Below are positions 34,898-49,600 of a stretch of 64,000 bases of DNA, piece by piece (within the stretch, counting starts at the first letter, position 1; each line of letters opens with the position of its first letter). The DNA comes from Paraspadella gotoi (lineage: Eukaryota > Animalia > Chaetognatha), in assembly GCA_051294375.1 (NCBI GenBank), contig CM119265.1:23525449-23589448 (forward strand). The letters are read 5' to 3'. The translations under genes and the position numbers were made by a program. The notes under the pieces are model-generated. The model saw only the letters and a list, made by a program, of their open reading frames with translations. It was not told where the DNA came from and ran no database searches.

Positions 34898-37859
34898 TCG
34901 CTCTCCGGCGACGACTTAATCGCACTTTGCGTCGAGCCATTACTCGCGGGTAAGTTCGTTTATCGTAGTTTTTTTTTTCCCTCCCAAGTTTGTTATTTGC
35001 TGTCGTTTGTCTAGAGTTAGATCTAATGTCGGCAACGGCGTCTGCCGGGGCGAGCTGGACGGACGGACGGCGTCCCCGGCGTGTAACCCGGACCTGAGCG
35101 TGCATAGCTCTAGTACTTCAGTGGTTGGATAATAAAATGAGGAACTAATGGTGCTTACTTTCATCTCAAAAAGTAAAGAAAGAAATATATTTTTTCTCTC
35201 GATATTGTTGAAAAGACCTTCATGAACTGGAGTAATTGTTATTTTTTGTGTAGAACGTGTACAGTTTTATTTTTTGCTTGAATTTTTTTTGAATTTTTTT
35301 AAAATTTACTAAAAAGGATCATTTTTCAATGCAGTGGCAAAAATTATTAATTATTAATTATTATTAATTAACATATTTATTAAAATATTTTTTCAAAGCA
35401 GTCCATAAAGAAATTATTGTTAACGAAAAATTTATTTGTACAATAACTTTGAAATACTCTCATAGATTATTATTATTGTTACGTTTGTTTTCGCCTTTAC
35501 TTTTCTGTTTGGGGAAGGGTTAGACTAATTCAATTGCGTTGAAGTATGTGTCACCGCATCAAATTTTTCGATATGAAGATTAAACTATTTATTATCTCTT
35601 GTCCTTACTATTCACCGAGCAACCTATTTCCACATGAGCCGTCGTAACGAAACGTCGTCCTCTGGCGGCGTCATCGGCGGCCGGTCAATACAGACGCCGC
35701 ACTTCAACGTTTTCTGTCATTAAAGACGTGATTCTAATTCTCGAACGTTCTCGTCGTCACATCGAGGAAAAATCGTTCCCTTCTAGTGTTTTGTGCAGCG
35801 CCGCCTACCTTCGCTTCTCGTCCCGAAGGACGCAAGAGAGGGTCGATTAAAATACTCATTTGCATATTACAATATTCCCGTTTCGTTTCGTGGATCTGAA
35901 GTAACATTTTCACAGTCGTTGATTTTTTTTTTACTGTCCCGGAAATAAAGCGTGAGAGAGAAGGATATTGAGCTGTGATGGATGGATGTATCATTAAAAT
36001 GACGAAAATAAAAATGATAATGCGAAGGACAAAATGAATAATGATCAGAGCAGTATGGAAATAAATGAAACGAATATGGCTTAGGAGGAGAAAAATATTA
36101 TATGGTTATATAATATAATATATATATATTATATTATATTAATATATATATATTAGATTGTACCAATCTTCATATATGCTCAGTAGTAACTCGTGTATAC
36201 TTTATTTAATTTGATAAGCTAATAATTTATAAATTTAAGTTTAATTTTGATGTAATTGGTTATTTGTTACATGTTAGTGGTTTTTGTTATATTTCAAGGT
36301 TCCTGACTTTCTATGCTGTTATTGATACCGTTGCCGGTTTTGTTATTATTAAATTTAATTGGGATTTAGTTCTTGTATGTCATCATAATGTTGTATTTTA
36401 GAATATTTCTCATATCTTTTGATTCGGGTTTCTCAGAAGTATTATTTTACTTTTTTAGAAACACTCTTATATGATTTTCTTTGAGTGAGAAAAGTTAATG
36501 GAATCGCACTCTGTTCCCCCCCCCCCAAAAAAAAGGAATCACACTCAATGTCCTATTTTCGTTTCGTTGTGTTCATTTTATCTCGCTAACTTCTTAGTGA
36601 GTGAACATTTCTTTCGACTTCCCGTTGCTATTTCATTGTGATTGAAAATTTCACTTTGAGTAGAAAGAATTTGTTGATATCGGTTCCAAAGACTCGAAAA
36701 TCTCTTTTTTGAGCTGTACCAGATATTGGTTTTCCGGTTTAAAAAAAAAAAAAAAAAATCAACAAAACTAAAAAAAACCTAGAATAAATCTTAGTACGTA
36801 AATGAATTAGAATTTTTTTTAGAATACGAAACATCTTTACGAAAAGAAAAATTATTTAAAAAGTTGCCTGTCGAACAATTTATAATCTCATTCTATGCTT
36901 CGCTCAACCGCAAAGATGAATGTAGGATATCTTCTCTCTCAGTTTTCTGACCGACGATCATACTTCACGTTCGGCACCAAGTCACGCAGAACTCGATCAA
37001 AAACATCACACATCACAGTATTTTCCTTCCTTTCACACTTCGCTATTTTTGAGTTGGAAAAGTTCCCGATTTTCTTATTCGCTCGTACCTTTTTTTCCCC
37101 CGTTTTTTTCTTACTCCATTTTTCTCTTCAGGTGTGAAGAAGTTTCAGCCTCGGTTGAGATGTTTGAAGCTAATAGGAGTAAATGTTTGAAAGCTTGTCA
37201 ACTTATCCGCTTCTATTTAGTATAGTTAATTAAGCTGAGTGTGGCGACTTGTTTCAAAAAGTTTCAAAACCACAGATCAGTTTTTTTTTTACAATTTGGG
37301 TCCGCAATAAGACCAGTTTGGATGATCTAAGTGCGAATTTTCGAAATAACCTTTTATTTCCGGCACTGCCAAGGTCTGAAAAAAGTCACCATGCTAAAGA
37401 GTCAGCCTCTGATTGGATAATAAGCTGATCTTTAACGGAATCTTGATTGGTCAACAACCTGCGCCGTTCTATTTGTCGTTTTTGATTGGCTTGCACGAAT
37501 TTCTAGAGAACGCGACTCGTATGTCGTTGCCGTCGGCCGTGATCGTCTGAGAGCTCTCTCGTCTCTCTCTCTCTGCTCTACGTCTCTCTCTCTCTCTCAT
37601 CTTCCTCGTCAGTCTTCTCTCTCGTCTCTCTCCGTCGTCTCGTCTCTGATGCTCCCTCTCTCTCTCAGGCGGCGCGCGCGTGTTTTCTCGAAAATCCTTT
37701 TTAGCGTCTAAGTTCGCCGATTGTCGTTTCCAAGGCGATGAGCCGTTAACGAATTACAAAACCGTCAGTCGCATATCTTTTTATTATTAAAAAAAACCCT
37801 TGAGTTTATTTAAAAACTCGAAAAATTTTAATTCATTCGTTTGCTTTGAATCACGCAAT

Positions 37860-38317
37860 TGTTTTTTTCTTTGCTTTCTTTCTTATCATTGTAATTTTTC
37901 TTGTCTTTTCTTATTCTTGTCTTTCTTTCTTTCTTTCTTATCTGGTTCTTTCTTTTCTTTCTTTTCTTTCTTTTTTTTCTGTTTTTTTTTCTTTCTTTTC
38001 TCTTTTTTTTTTTTTTTAATTTTTTTGTTTTTTTTTTTTTCTTTTTTCCTTTTTTTTCTTTTTTTTTTTTTTTTTCCTTTTTTTTTTTTCCTTCTTTTTT
38101 TTTTCTTTTTTTTTTTTTATTTTTGTTTTTTTTTCCTTTTTTTTTTTTTTTTTTCTTTTTTTTTTTTCCTCCATTTTTTTTTTTTTTTTTTTTTTTTTCC
38201 ATTTTTTTTTTTTTTCTTTTTTTTTATTTTTTTTTTTTTTTTTTTCTTTTTTCTTTTTTTTTCTTGTTTTTGTCTTTTCCGTTTTTTTTTCTTTTTCTTT
38301 TTTTTTTTTTTTTTGTT

Positions 38318-38368
<51 letters not shown>

Positions 38369-38391
38369 TTTTTTTTTTTTTTTTTTTTCCT

Positions 38392-38423
<32 letters not shown>

Positions 38424-38824
38424 TTCTCCTTTTTTTTTCCCCTTTTTATTTTTTTTTTTTTTTTCTCTTTTTTTTTTTTCCTTTTTCTTTTTTATTCTTT
38501 TTTTTTTCCTTTTTTTTTTTTTCCCTTTTCTAATTTTTTATCCTATCCTTTTTCTTTTCTTTTTCTTTTTTTTTTTTTTTTTTCATTTCCTTTTTTATTA
38601 TTTTTTTATTTTTTTTTTTTCCTTTTTTTTGTTTTTTTTTTCCCTCTTTTTTTTTCTTTTTTTTTTTCCCTTTTTTCCTCCTTTTTTTTTTTTTATTTTT
38701 TCTTTTTTTTCTTTTTTTTTTCCTTTTTTTCTTTTTTTTTTTTCTTTTTTTTGTTTGTCCTTTTTTTTTTATTCCTTTTTTTTTTTTTTTTTTTTTTTTT
38801 CTTTTTTTTTCCTCCTCTTTTTTT

Positions 38825-38892
<68 letters not shown>

Positions 38893-38928
38893 TTTTTTTC
38901 TTTGGTCTTTTTCTTCCTCTCTGCTTCT

Positions 38929-38962
<34 letters not shown>

Positions 38963-39064
38963 TTTTTTCTTTTTTCCCCCTCTTTTTTTTTTTTTTTTTT
39001 TTTCTTCCCTTCTTTTTTTCTTTTTCCCTTTATTTTTTTTTTTGTTTTTTTTTTTTTTTTCTTT

Positions 39065-39095
<31 letters not shown>

Positions 39096-39121
39096 TTTTC
39101 TTTTTTTTTTTTTTTATTTTT
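37860..39121 (+). other. Poly-T/pyrimidine low-complexity tract, probably a sequencing artefact
   Basis: Irregular T-runs with no stable unit, next to an N-gap; source of the spurious poly-Phe/poly-Lys ORFs. Confidence 0.8.
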
Positions 39122-39221
39122 NNNNNNNNNNNNNNNNNNNNNNNNNNNNNNNNNNNNNNNNNNNNNNNNNNNNNNNNNNNNNNNNNNNNNNNNNNNNNNN
39201 NNNNNNNNNNNNNNNNNNNNN

Positions 39222-42200
39222 ATCTTATACTGCATCCCTCAGATTATTGCGGCCCGCTGCAGATCCTCAATTCGCACTTTCTCTTCTATAGTCTATTCTG
39301 ATTCTTCTATCTATCTATCTATCTATTCTATCTCTCCTCTATCTATGTCTATCTCCTCTCTATCTATTCTGATCCCTCAGATTATGTCCGCCACTGAGCT
39401 CGTAATCGCCACTTGCTCTTCGTCTATCTATTGCATATCTCTTCTATTTACTTCTATACTAATCTTATCTCTTCTATCGTTATTCTATCTTTCTATCTAT
39501 TTTCTTGATCCCTCAGAGTTTATTCGCCACTTCAAAGATCCTAAGCGCACTTCCCCCCGCTCTTCTCTATCTATTCGATGTTTCTTCTATCTATCTATCT
39601 ATTCTCATTCTATCGTCCTTCTATCTATTCTATCTCTTCTATCTATTCTCGATCCCTTCAGATTAATTCGCACTTCAGATCCTAGATCGCACTTTCCCCT
39701 TCGTATCTATTCTATCTCTTCTATCTATCTATCTATCTATCTATCTCTTCTATTATTTCTATCTCTCTGCTATCCTGTCATTTCTATCCACTCCAGATTA
39801 TCTCGGCCACTCAGACTCCTCCAATTCGCACTTTTCCCTTTTAATTTTCTTTTTTTCCTTTATTCTATCTCTCGTATCTATCTGACTCTATCTAATCCTA
39901 TCTCTTCTACCTATTGCTATCTCTGTCTATCTATTCTGGCATCCGCTCAGATTATTCGCCACTGAGATCCTTATCGCCACTTTCCCTTTATCTATTCTAT
40001 TCTCTTCTAGTCGTATCTATCTATCTTCTATCGGTCTTCGTAAGTCTATTCTATTCTCTTCTATCTTTCTGATCCCTCAGCATTATTCTGTCCATCAGGC
40101 ATTCCTCAATCGCCACTGTCCCTCTATCTATTTCTATCTGCCTTCTTACTCGCATATCTTATCCTCTCTATCTATCTCTGCCGTATCTATTCTATCTCTT
40201 CTATCCTATTCTGATCCTCCAGATTGATTCGCCTCACTGAGATCCTGCCGTATCGCACTTTCCCTTCTATCCCTATTCCTTCTCTTCTATCTATTCTGAT
40301 CCCTCAGGATAGTCGCAGCTCAGGATCCTAATCGCACTCCTTCCCTTCTATCCTTATTCTATCTGCTTCTATCTATCTATTCTATCGCTATCCTATCTCT
40401 CTCCATGATTGCTATCTCCTCTCTTCTTTCTCGATCACAGATTATTCGCCACTCACAGATCCTAATCGCCACTCTTCCCTTTCGCTATCTAGTTCTATCT
40501 CTCTCTATCTATCCGTATTCCTATCTATCCTATCCTCTTTATCATTCCTATCTCTTCCTAGTCTATTCTGATTCCCTCAGATTTATTCGCCACTAAGTCC
40601 TAATCGCACTTTTCCCTCTATCTATTCTATCTCTTCTCTATCCCATCTATCTAGTTCTTATGTATTCTCTTCTATCTGATTCTACTCGTTCTATCTATTC
40701 TGATCCTCTCAGATTATTTCGCCACTCCAGATCCTATCCGCACTGTTCCCTTCTATCGTATTCTATCGTCTTCTATCTTATTCTCGATCCCTCAGCATCG
40801 ATTTTCGCCACTGGAGTCCTAATCGGCTACTTTCCCTTCTATCTATCGCTCTCCGGCGACGACTTAATCGCACTTTGCGTCGAGCCATTACTCGCGGGTA
40901 AGTTCGTTTATCGTAGTTTTTTTTTTCCCTCCCAAGTTGATTATTTGGTGTCGTTTGTCTAGAGTTAGATCTAATGTCGGCAACGGCGTCTGCCGGGGCG
41001 AGCTGGACGGACGGACGGACGTCCCGGCGTGTAAACCCGGACCTGAGCGTGCATAGCGTCTAGTACTTCAGTGGTTGGGATGATAAAATGAGGAACTAAT
41101 GGTGCTTACTTTCATCTTAAAAAAGTAAGGAAAGAATATTTTTTTTTCCTTGATAATTGTTGAAAAGACATTTCATGAACTGGAGTAATAGGTTATTTTT
41201 GTGAGTAGAACATGTACAGTTTTATTTTTTTGCTTGAATTTTTTTTGGGAATTTTTCAAAATTTACTAAAAAGGATCATTTTTCAATGCAGTGCAAAATT
41301 ATTAATTATTAATTAATTAATATTATTATTAAAATATTTTTTTCAAAGCAGTCATGAAGGATTTGTAAAGAAATTATTGTTAACGGAAAATAATGTTCTA
41401 ATTTATTTGTACAATAACTTTGAAATACTCTCATAGATTATTATTGTTGTTAACGTTTGTTTTCGCTTTACTTTTCTGTTTTGGGAGGGTTAGACTTAAT
41501 TAAATTGCGTTGATATGTGTCACCGCATCAAATTTTAGATATGAATTAAAACTCTATTATGCTCTGTCCTTACTTTTCAACCCTCAAACCTATTTCCACA
41601 TCGACGCCGTCGTAACGAAACGTCGTCTCTGCGGCGTCATCGGCGCCGTAATACCGACGCCGCACTTTCAACGTTTCTGTCATTAAAGACGTGATTCTAA
41701 TCGACGGTTCCCTCGTCACATCGAGGAGAAATCGTTCCTTCTGTGTTGTGCCAGCGCTACCTTCGTTCTCGTCCGAAGAAACGCAAGAGAGGGCGATTAA
41801 AATACTCATTTGCATATTACATATTCCCGTTTCGTTCGTGGATCTGAATAAATTTCTCAAGTCGTCGTTGATTTTTTTTTCTGTCCGGAAATAAAGTGAG
41901 AGAGAAGGAGTATTGAGCTGTGATGGATGTGATGTATCATTAAATGACGAAAATAAAAATGATAATGCGAGGACAAATGATATGTATAGAGCAGTATGAA
42001 AATAAATGAAACGAATATGGCTAGGAGGAGAAAAATATATGATGCTTTAGTAGTAACTCGTGTATACTTTATTAATTTAATAAGCTAAATATTTAATAAT
42101 TTAATTTAATTTTGATGTAGTGGTTTTTGTTATATTTCAAGGTTCCGACTTTTTATGCTGTTATTGATACGTTGCCGGTTTTGTTATTAATAAATTTAAT

Positions 42201-43798
42201 TTGGGATTGATTTAGATATTTCTCATATCTTTTGATTCGGGTTTCTCAGAAGTATTATTTTACTTTTTTTAGAAACACTCTTATATGATTTTCTTTGAGT
42301 GAGAAAAAGTTAATGGAAACGCACTCTGTTCCAAAAAAAAAAAAAAAAAGGAATCACACTCAATGTCCTATTTTCGTTTCGTTGTGTTCATTTTATCTCG
42401 CTCTTCTTAGTGAGTGAACATTTCTTTCGACTTCCTGTTGCTATTATTATTGTGATTTGAAAATTTCACTTTGAGTGAAAGAATTTGTTGATTTCGGTTC
42501 CAAAGACTCGAAAATCTCTTTTTTGAGCGTACGCAGATATTGGTTTTTCCGGTTTAAAAAAAAAAACAAAAAAAAAAAAACAAAACTAAAAAACAGTAAT
42601 AAATCTTAGTACGTAATAAAATTAGAATTTTTTATAAATACGAAACATCTTTACGAAAGAAAAAAATTATTTAAAAAGTTGGCTCTGTGAACAATTTATA
42701 ATCTCATTCTATGTTTTCGCTCAACCGGCAAAGATGAATGGATGGATATCTTCTCTCTGCGGATTTTCTTTCCGTTGGCGAGCATAAACCGCTCGTCATG
42801 ATCCGTCGTCTCTTATCGCCTTTTGTGTAAAGCTTTTAAATAATATAAACAATCGATGTTTGTTCTACAAACCAATACAGTTTCATTGTTATTTCATTGG
42901 CTTTGATTAATCATGATTCTATTCATACAGATCGCATTTAATGTTATTGTGCATCGTCGTTATTTACTATGATTGTTTTATTTAAATGGTTATTTGGTTC
43001 ATACAGTTCACTTTGCATTAGCTGGCTAGGCGCGAGCTTAGCCTGAGAGATCATGTGTTTCTATCGTTAACCGATGCTTGCCTTTGCTTACCTCTAAGTT
43101 CTTGATCTTTAAAGACTCCATGAATCCTTACGACTATAGCTACTCTCAGTCAAGGGTGAGCAACGACGGAAAAACCCGCCTTCATCATTCCTGACCCTGA
43201 CGATCATACATCACGATTCGGCACCAAGTCACGCCAGAACTCGATCAAAAACATCACACATCACAGATCATTTTCCTTCTTTCACACTTCGCTATTTTTT
43301 GAGCTTCGGAAAAGTTCCCGATTTTCTTATTCGCTTCCGCACCTTTTTTTCTCCGTTTTTTTTTCTACTCCATTTTCTCTTCAGGTGTAAGAAGTTATCA
43401 GCCCTCGTGGAGATGTCTTGAAAGCCTAATTGGGAGGTAAAATGGTTTGAAAGCTTCGCAAGCTTATCTGCTTCTATGTATAGTTAATAAGACGAAGTGT
43501 GGCGACTTGTTTCAAAAAGTTTCAAAACCACAGATCAGTTTTTTTTATCAATGTGACCGCAATAAGACCAGTTTGGATGATCTAATCGAATTTTCGAAAT
43601 AACCTTTATTTCCGGCACTGCCTAGTCTGAAAAAAGTCACCATCTAAAGGGTCAGCCTCTGATTGGATAATAAGCTGATCTTAACGCGAATCTTGATTGG
43701 TCAACAGACCTCGCGCGTTCTATTTCGTCGTTTTGATTGGCTGCCCGATTTCTAGAGAACGCGACTCGTTGTCGTTGCCGTCCCGTGATCGTCTTGAG

Positions 43799-43834
<36 letters not shown>

Positions 43835-43987
43835 CTCTCTCTCTCTCTCTCTCTCTCTTACTCAAGGCGGCTGCAGCGCGTTTTCTCGAAATCCTTTTTA
43901 GCGTCTAAGTTCCGTTGTCGTTTCCAAGGCGATGAAACCGTTAACAATTACAACCGGAGTCGCATATCTTTTTATTATTAAAAAAAA
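39222..43987 (+). repeat. Imperfect duplicate of about 34455-37797, with a longer noisy copy of the hairpin-core array (39222-40847)
   Basis: Colinear matches, e.g. GCTCTCCGGCGACGACTTAATCGCAC at about 34900 and 40848, and GTCGCATATCTTTTTATTATTAAAA at both ends; differences are mostly small indels. Confidence 0.9.
42759..43179. mobile_element. MITE-like insertion of about 420 bp present in only one duplicate
   Basis: Imperfect TIRs GCGGATTTTCTTTCCGTTG..CGACGGAAAAACCCGC; empty site at about 36930-36960 (GATATCTTCTCTCT|CAGTTTTCTGACC). Confidence 0.7.
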
Positions 43988-46609
43988 NNNNNNNNNNNNN
44001 NNNNNNNNNNNNNNNNNNNNNNNNNNNNNNNNNNNNNNNNNNNNNNNNNNNNNNNNNNNNNNNNNNNNNNNNNNNNNNNNNNNNNNNNNNNNNNNNNNNN
44101 NNNNNNNNNNNNNNNNNNNNNNNNNNNNNNNNNNNNNNNNNNNNNNNNNNNNNNNNNNNNNNNNNNNNNNNNNNNNNNNNNNNNNNNNNNNNNNNTCTTT
44201 CTTTCTTTCTTTCCTTCTTTCTTTCTTTCTTTCTTCGTTTAAAATCAAAGTGACAAACCGACTGACCGACCAACNNNNNNNNNNATATCCTTCTCTTCTA
44301 TACTCATAAATTTATTTTACATGCGAGTTTCTTTTAATCTCATATTTCATGTCTCCTTCCAATTGGTATGTCTTATTTTCTATGTTGTCTTCTAATTTCC
44401 TGTCCGATTTACCATGTAAACCTCCTTTTTTCATGTCTCATTTACCATGTCTCTTTCCAATTTCTTCGTCTCATTTTCCGTCTTTTTCTTTGGAAAGCTA
44501 AACTTTTTTTCGAATTCTCTCGCTCGACAAAAACGCTTCGTTCAAAACAGAGAGAAAATGAGAAGCCTATCTCNNNNNNNNNNNNNNNNNNNNNNNNNNN
44601 NNNNNNNNNNNNNNNNNNNNNNNNNNNNNNNNNNNNNNNNNNNNNNNNNNNNNNNNNNNNNNNNNNNNNNNNNNNNNNNNNNNNNNNNNNNNNNNNNNNN
44701 NNNNNNNNNNNNNNNNNNNNNNNNNNNNNNNNNNNNNNNNNNNNNNNNNNNNNNNNNNNNNNNNNNNNNNNNNNNNNNNNNNNNNNNNNNNNNNNNNNNN
44801 NNNNNNNNNNNNNNNNNNNNNNNNNNNNNNNTCTCTGAGGCGTCAAAAACTCTTTCTTTCCCACCTCGTTCCCGTCGCCCTTCGTCCCTTCGGTGATTGA
44901 CGCTGCACTCGATCGATCCTTTTTACGGCCNNNNNNNNNNNNNNNNNNNNNNNNNNNNNNNNNNNNNNNNNNNNNNNNNNNNNNNNNNNNNNNNNNNNNN
45001 NNNNNNNNNNNNNNNNNNNNNNNNNNNNNNNNNNNNNNNNNNNNNNNNNNNNNNNNNNNNNNNNNNNNNNNNNNNNNNNNNNNNNNNNNNNNNNNNNNNN
45101 NNNNNNNNNNNNNNNNNNNNNNNNNNNNNNNNNNNNNNNNNNNNNNNNNNNNNNNNNNNNNNNNNNNNNNNNNNNNNNNNNNNNNNNNNNNNNNNNNNNN
45201 NNNNNNNNNNNNNNNNNNNNNNNNNNNNNNNNNNNNNNNNNNNNNNNNNNNNNNNNNNNNNNNNNNNNNNNNNNNNNNNNNNNNNNNNNNNNNNNNNNNN
45301 TCGGCCGTGCGTCCGTGGTTCAATATTACAATCATGTCGACGCAAATGAGCCAAATATAATCCAAGTACAAGCAGAGCCAATCATTCACCAATCTCCAAG
45401 CAGAACGCAAAAGCAATCTGTGCGTCGAACCAGGTTGGTAATTTTGTACGAAAGAGAATTGTTGACATCACGTCAATAACNNNNNNNNNNNNNNNNNNNN
45501 NNNNNNNNNNNNNNNNNNNNNNNNNNNNNNNNNNNNNNNNNNNNNNNNNNNNNNNNNNNNNNNNNNNNNNNNNNNNNNNNNNNNNNNNNNNNNNNNNNNN
45601 NNNNNNNNNNNNNNNNNNNNNNNNNNNNNNNNNNNNNNNNNNNNNNNNNNNNNNNNNNNNNNNNNNNNNNNNNNNNNNNNNNNNNNNNNNNNNNNNNNNN
45701 NNNNNNNNNNNACCTTTTTACTTTTTATTGTTCTCTAGTTTGTTATTTTTTTATCTTTTATCATTCCATTGTTTTTGATAACGATTCATAATCCTCCCTC
45801 TTGTTTTTTTTATGATTTCTTTGTTTTTTTTATATTTTCTCTCCTTCTCACCTTAATTCCTCCACATTTTTTCTCCTCTCGATGTCTTTCTTTTTTTTTT
45901 TCCATTTTCTTTTTCTTTTCACCTTAATTCCTTCACATTTCCTCTTTTTTCTTATTTCCACCCTCATTCATTCTATTTACTACTTCCTCTCTTCTCGTTC
46001 TTCTTCATCTTTCCCCCTTTTCACTTCTTTCCATCTCCCATTCCTTCTTCTTTATCCTCCTCTTCCCATCGCTCTCTCTCCTCTGTTCCACCTCCTTTTC
46101 TCTTCTTCTTCCTCCTCTTTCCGTATCTTTCTCCTTCCTCTCCTTCCTCTCCCCCTCGTACCGCTTTCCTCCCTCTCCTTCCTCCTTCCTCCTTCCTCCG
46201 TCACACTCGGCGTCATTCGCCCTCAGAGTTTCGCATCTTTTTGCTCTACTTTCGTCGCCGTCCTGACTCTTGAGCAAATCCTGTTCATGAACAGCGTAAT
46301 TCGCGAACTAAACCACATTCTTTGTGAGCAGCCTCGTTTCGAGAACGCTTCGAGCCGCAGTCATTTGTGGGTAAGAGATTCAAGTAGGAGATCTTTCCCG
46401 AAAAAAAATATTTCTTTTTCTTCATTTGTGAAAACTATTTCTGAAGAACAAAAAAAAAAAGTTATACCTTTAAAATTACGAAAAACGAGTTTATTCTTCA
46501 ACAACATTTTTGACAAGATTCTTTATGAACAAAATAATATTCTAATGAAATCGTCTGTGTTCAAACTAATTTAGGAAAGAGATCCTTTTCGAGCCAAATA
46601 TTTTGTTCA

Positions 46610-46680
46610 CATTAGACATGAGACATTAGACATGAGACATTAGACATTAGACATTAGACATTAGACATTAGACATTAGAC
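46610..46680 (+). repeat. (CATTAGA)n heptamer microsatellite
   Basis: About 10 units, two of them CATGAGA variants. Confidence 0.95.
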
Positions 46681-49600
46681 AACCTCGATGGAGAAACGAT
46701 TGTTTAACTTCCGTTCCCCCAATTCTCTTAATTTTCTCAGTTTTTTTCTCTCGACGTTGGAATTTTTCACGGATCTTTTGTCACTTTGTCCCGAAGTTCC
46801 TCGTCCATTGGGTTCACTTTAACGGGTCACCCTCTCCAATTTACGTCGTCTTCACGACCTCGCTCGTCATTTAACGCTGACGCCGCCAAAGTTTCCGCTG
46901 TCAGCCGCCGCAGCCGCCGCAGCCGCCGCAGCCGCCGCCGCCCGACGCCGTTGGTCGTGATCGTCGCCAAAGCTCTTTCGTCCTTCGCCCGTCGGAACCA
47001 AGGGCGCAGCCTTCACGTCGCCAATTCCCCGTTGAGCGGGGGCGTGACGCCTCCGCCCGTTCACGGCCGCGCGGGGGCGCCACTTGACGCCGATCGACCT
47101 AATTTGACGTCGGACTCAAGATCACGTCTCTCAACTAGGATTCTTCGGGACACGTGCCACGTTCTATGTTCGCTTAATAATGATTATTTTTTTTTGGGGG
47201 GGGGGGTCTTTGTCTCGCCTTTGCTCATTCTCTTCTTTTTAAAATTTTATTTTTATCCCTTTCGGGATCTTTATTTATTTTCTTATTTATTTATTTATTA
47301 AATGCAATTTTCAATCACTTTTCAGTTATAACAAAAGAGATGACTATTGTGTAGGGATCTGAAGATAAAATCCATTTTCAATTTTGTGTGTAAAATTATA
47401 ACAAAATTTTTGTTACTTTTTCCAAAAAAATTTAATCGCATTATTAGATTCTGAAAAAGTCGTCATGAGTAGGAATTACAAATATCACGTGAGAATAAAT
47501 ATCAATTTTAATCAAGTCGTGATTTCGAAATCATTAATGAGATTAATATTTTAACTATGCTAATTAGCCTTTTTACAAACGTTTAAAAACAATCTTACTG
47601 ACAAAAAGTCACTGTGACAGTCAACTGATAAAAAAGCTTGGTACTAAACGATGAATATTAAAATTGTGTCCTTTTTTTTCTTCTTCTCTTCCTCCTCAGT
47701 GATTCCGAGATGCTTTCTTTTTTTATTTCTTCTTTTCTTTCTTTTCTTTTTTTTTTCTGGATCCATTTTATGTTCGAGTTTCTCTCCCATTTACTCTCAA
47801 CTTTTTTTCTCTCTCTCCCTCTCTATCTTATCTTTCCAACGCCCCCCTCCCCTTAACCAGCTACTTCCTTCGCTTTCCTTTTTTTAGTTGCTCATTCCTC
47901 CTTCCTCTTAAATCCTTCCTAACCTTTTCTGAAAATTCCTGGCACCGAATTTGGTCTAACTCACCTTCCAACTTCTTCTTTTAGCCTTTTTTTTCTTTTT
48001 TCTTTCTTTTCCTTTATTTTATTAAATTTGTTTTACTTTATCTCTACTTCGTCTTTCCTACCATTTGTCACTCATTTTGTATTTCCTCCCTTATTTTTAA
48101 CAATTTTTTTTCTCCCTTCCTCGCTTCCTCTCATCCTTTGATTGCTCCATTCCTCCCCCCTTCTCTCCCCTTCCCTTTCTCTCTCCCCCCTTGCTCCTCC
48201 TCCTTTTCTCCTTCTCCCTTCTTTCTCTTCTCTCCCCCTTTTCACTCTCCCCCTTTTCTCCTCCCGTCGTTTTTTCTCCCCTATCCCCTCATCGTTTCTC
48301 TCCCACTCCCAGTCTCAATTTTTGCCGTCTCTCTTCATTTGGCAAAGTCAAGCGGAAGTCGGACAAATATTTACTTTTTTTTTTTTTTGGTCGTGGTTGT
48401 CGGGTCATCGGTCGCGGGATCACCGCATTAGAGCATCTTCGAATCACCTAATCACCCGCAGTTAGGTAAACAGCTCAATCGACACAATGTTTCCCCTCAT
48501 CTCCAAGAACGTAAGGCCCCCCCATTAATCACTGAGTTGATTTCTCGAGATCGTTATAAGACTGTAAATGGACGTAAAAATCTCCAAAATTCACTGGAGT
48601 CTTTGCAATATTGACTGTCGATGTATGACAATTCAGATGTTCGTCCGAATGGGAGACCTTGCGGCCCTTTACCATCAATGCAGGACGGGCCATCGCAACG
48701 TTCTCGCCAGTTGTACACACGCATTCGTGTCATCGATTGTTCTCTGTCTTCTCGTCAACATGCTCCTCTCTGTCGCTCATCTCGCTCCTCTTTCTCTCTC
48801 TCTTCTCGTCGCGTACTCTCTATCTGTTCTCGGTCCTCAGCCGCCCTTCGCACTCTTACCTGCCTCTCATAGCCTGATCACGTTAATTCATCTCTCTCGC
48901 ATCTCGCGACGTCTTCTCCTCTCTCTCTCTTTCTCTGTCATCTCTGTTTCATTCACTCACCTCCTTTTAACGGCCTTGGCGTTTCCACTTTTTCTCAAAA
49001 GGGCAGGAGAATTTTCTGACGACAACAGACAGAGGACGAGGCCTTATATCCTCACGTGCCATGCCGATGAATGTCTCTGCTGTCTGCTTCAATGTCTTGC
49101 TCCCTGTCTTCATATGTCATTCCATTGTCTGGTTCCACAAGCAGGGTGACCCTTGCCAGATCTCACCCTCTGCTGGTAGGGGAATCCGGGGTTCCTCCGA
49201 CCGCGTTTACGAATCCTGCGAACGCACCTTTTTACTTGTCGTCGTAGAAGGGACGAGTATATTAAAAAATTTGTTTTTTTTTTCTCTTGGAAGAGTAAAT
49301 TGGTTGTCTCTCAAAAGTCATTTCTAGTGGATCGAGATTGTGACTATTGTCGATGTATAGTAATATATGTACCCGATAAAAGAGAGGAAAGGCTTGGAGT
49401 ATTAAGATGTAACTAAATCTAAATGAATAATTTTTTGTTCTTTAGTCATGGGTACGGACGCTCAACCAACCTTTGAGTTTTATGCAGAGTTTTCGTCTCT
49501 CTCTCTCCATCTTCAGATCCGTCTCAACCTCCGGCTCTCACAGTTGAAGGCGTGTCTTCCGGCCGCCACTTCCCCCACTCCTCTGTGGTCCTCGGGTCTC

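Noticed and set aside
37800-39291. Long poly-Phe/poly-Lys ORFs, also poly-X ORFs across N-gaps and SLSL/ERER ORFs
   Set aside because: Artefacts of low-complexity sequence, microsatellites and gaps.
34455-40847. CRISPR array
   Set aside because: Spacers are related low-complexity TCTA sequence, the context is eukaryotic and no cas genes are present.
46786-47130. GC-rich (CAGCCGCCG)n segment as an exon
   Set aside because: Several frames are open but there is no recognisable domain or convincing splice pair.
48440-49250. Possible exons (IVKLYDVK..VDVDIQMFVNGNLRLT in the 53.7-kb copy) faintly like a Cys-loop receptor segment
   Set aside because: Both copies are too corrupted or gapped to give a consistent frame or diagnostic motif.
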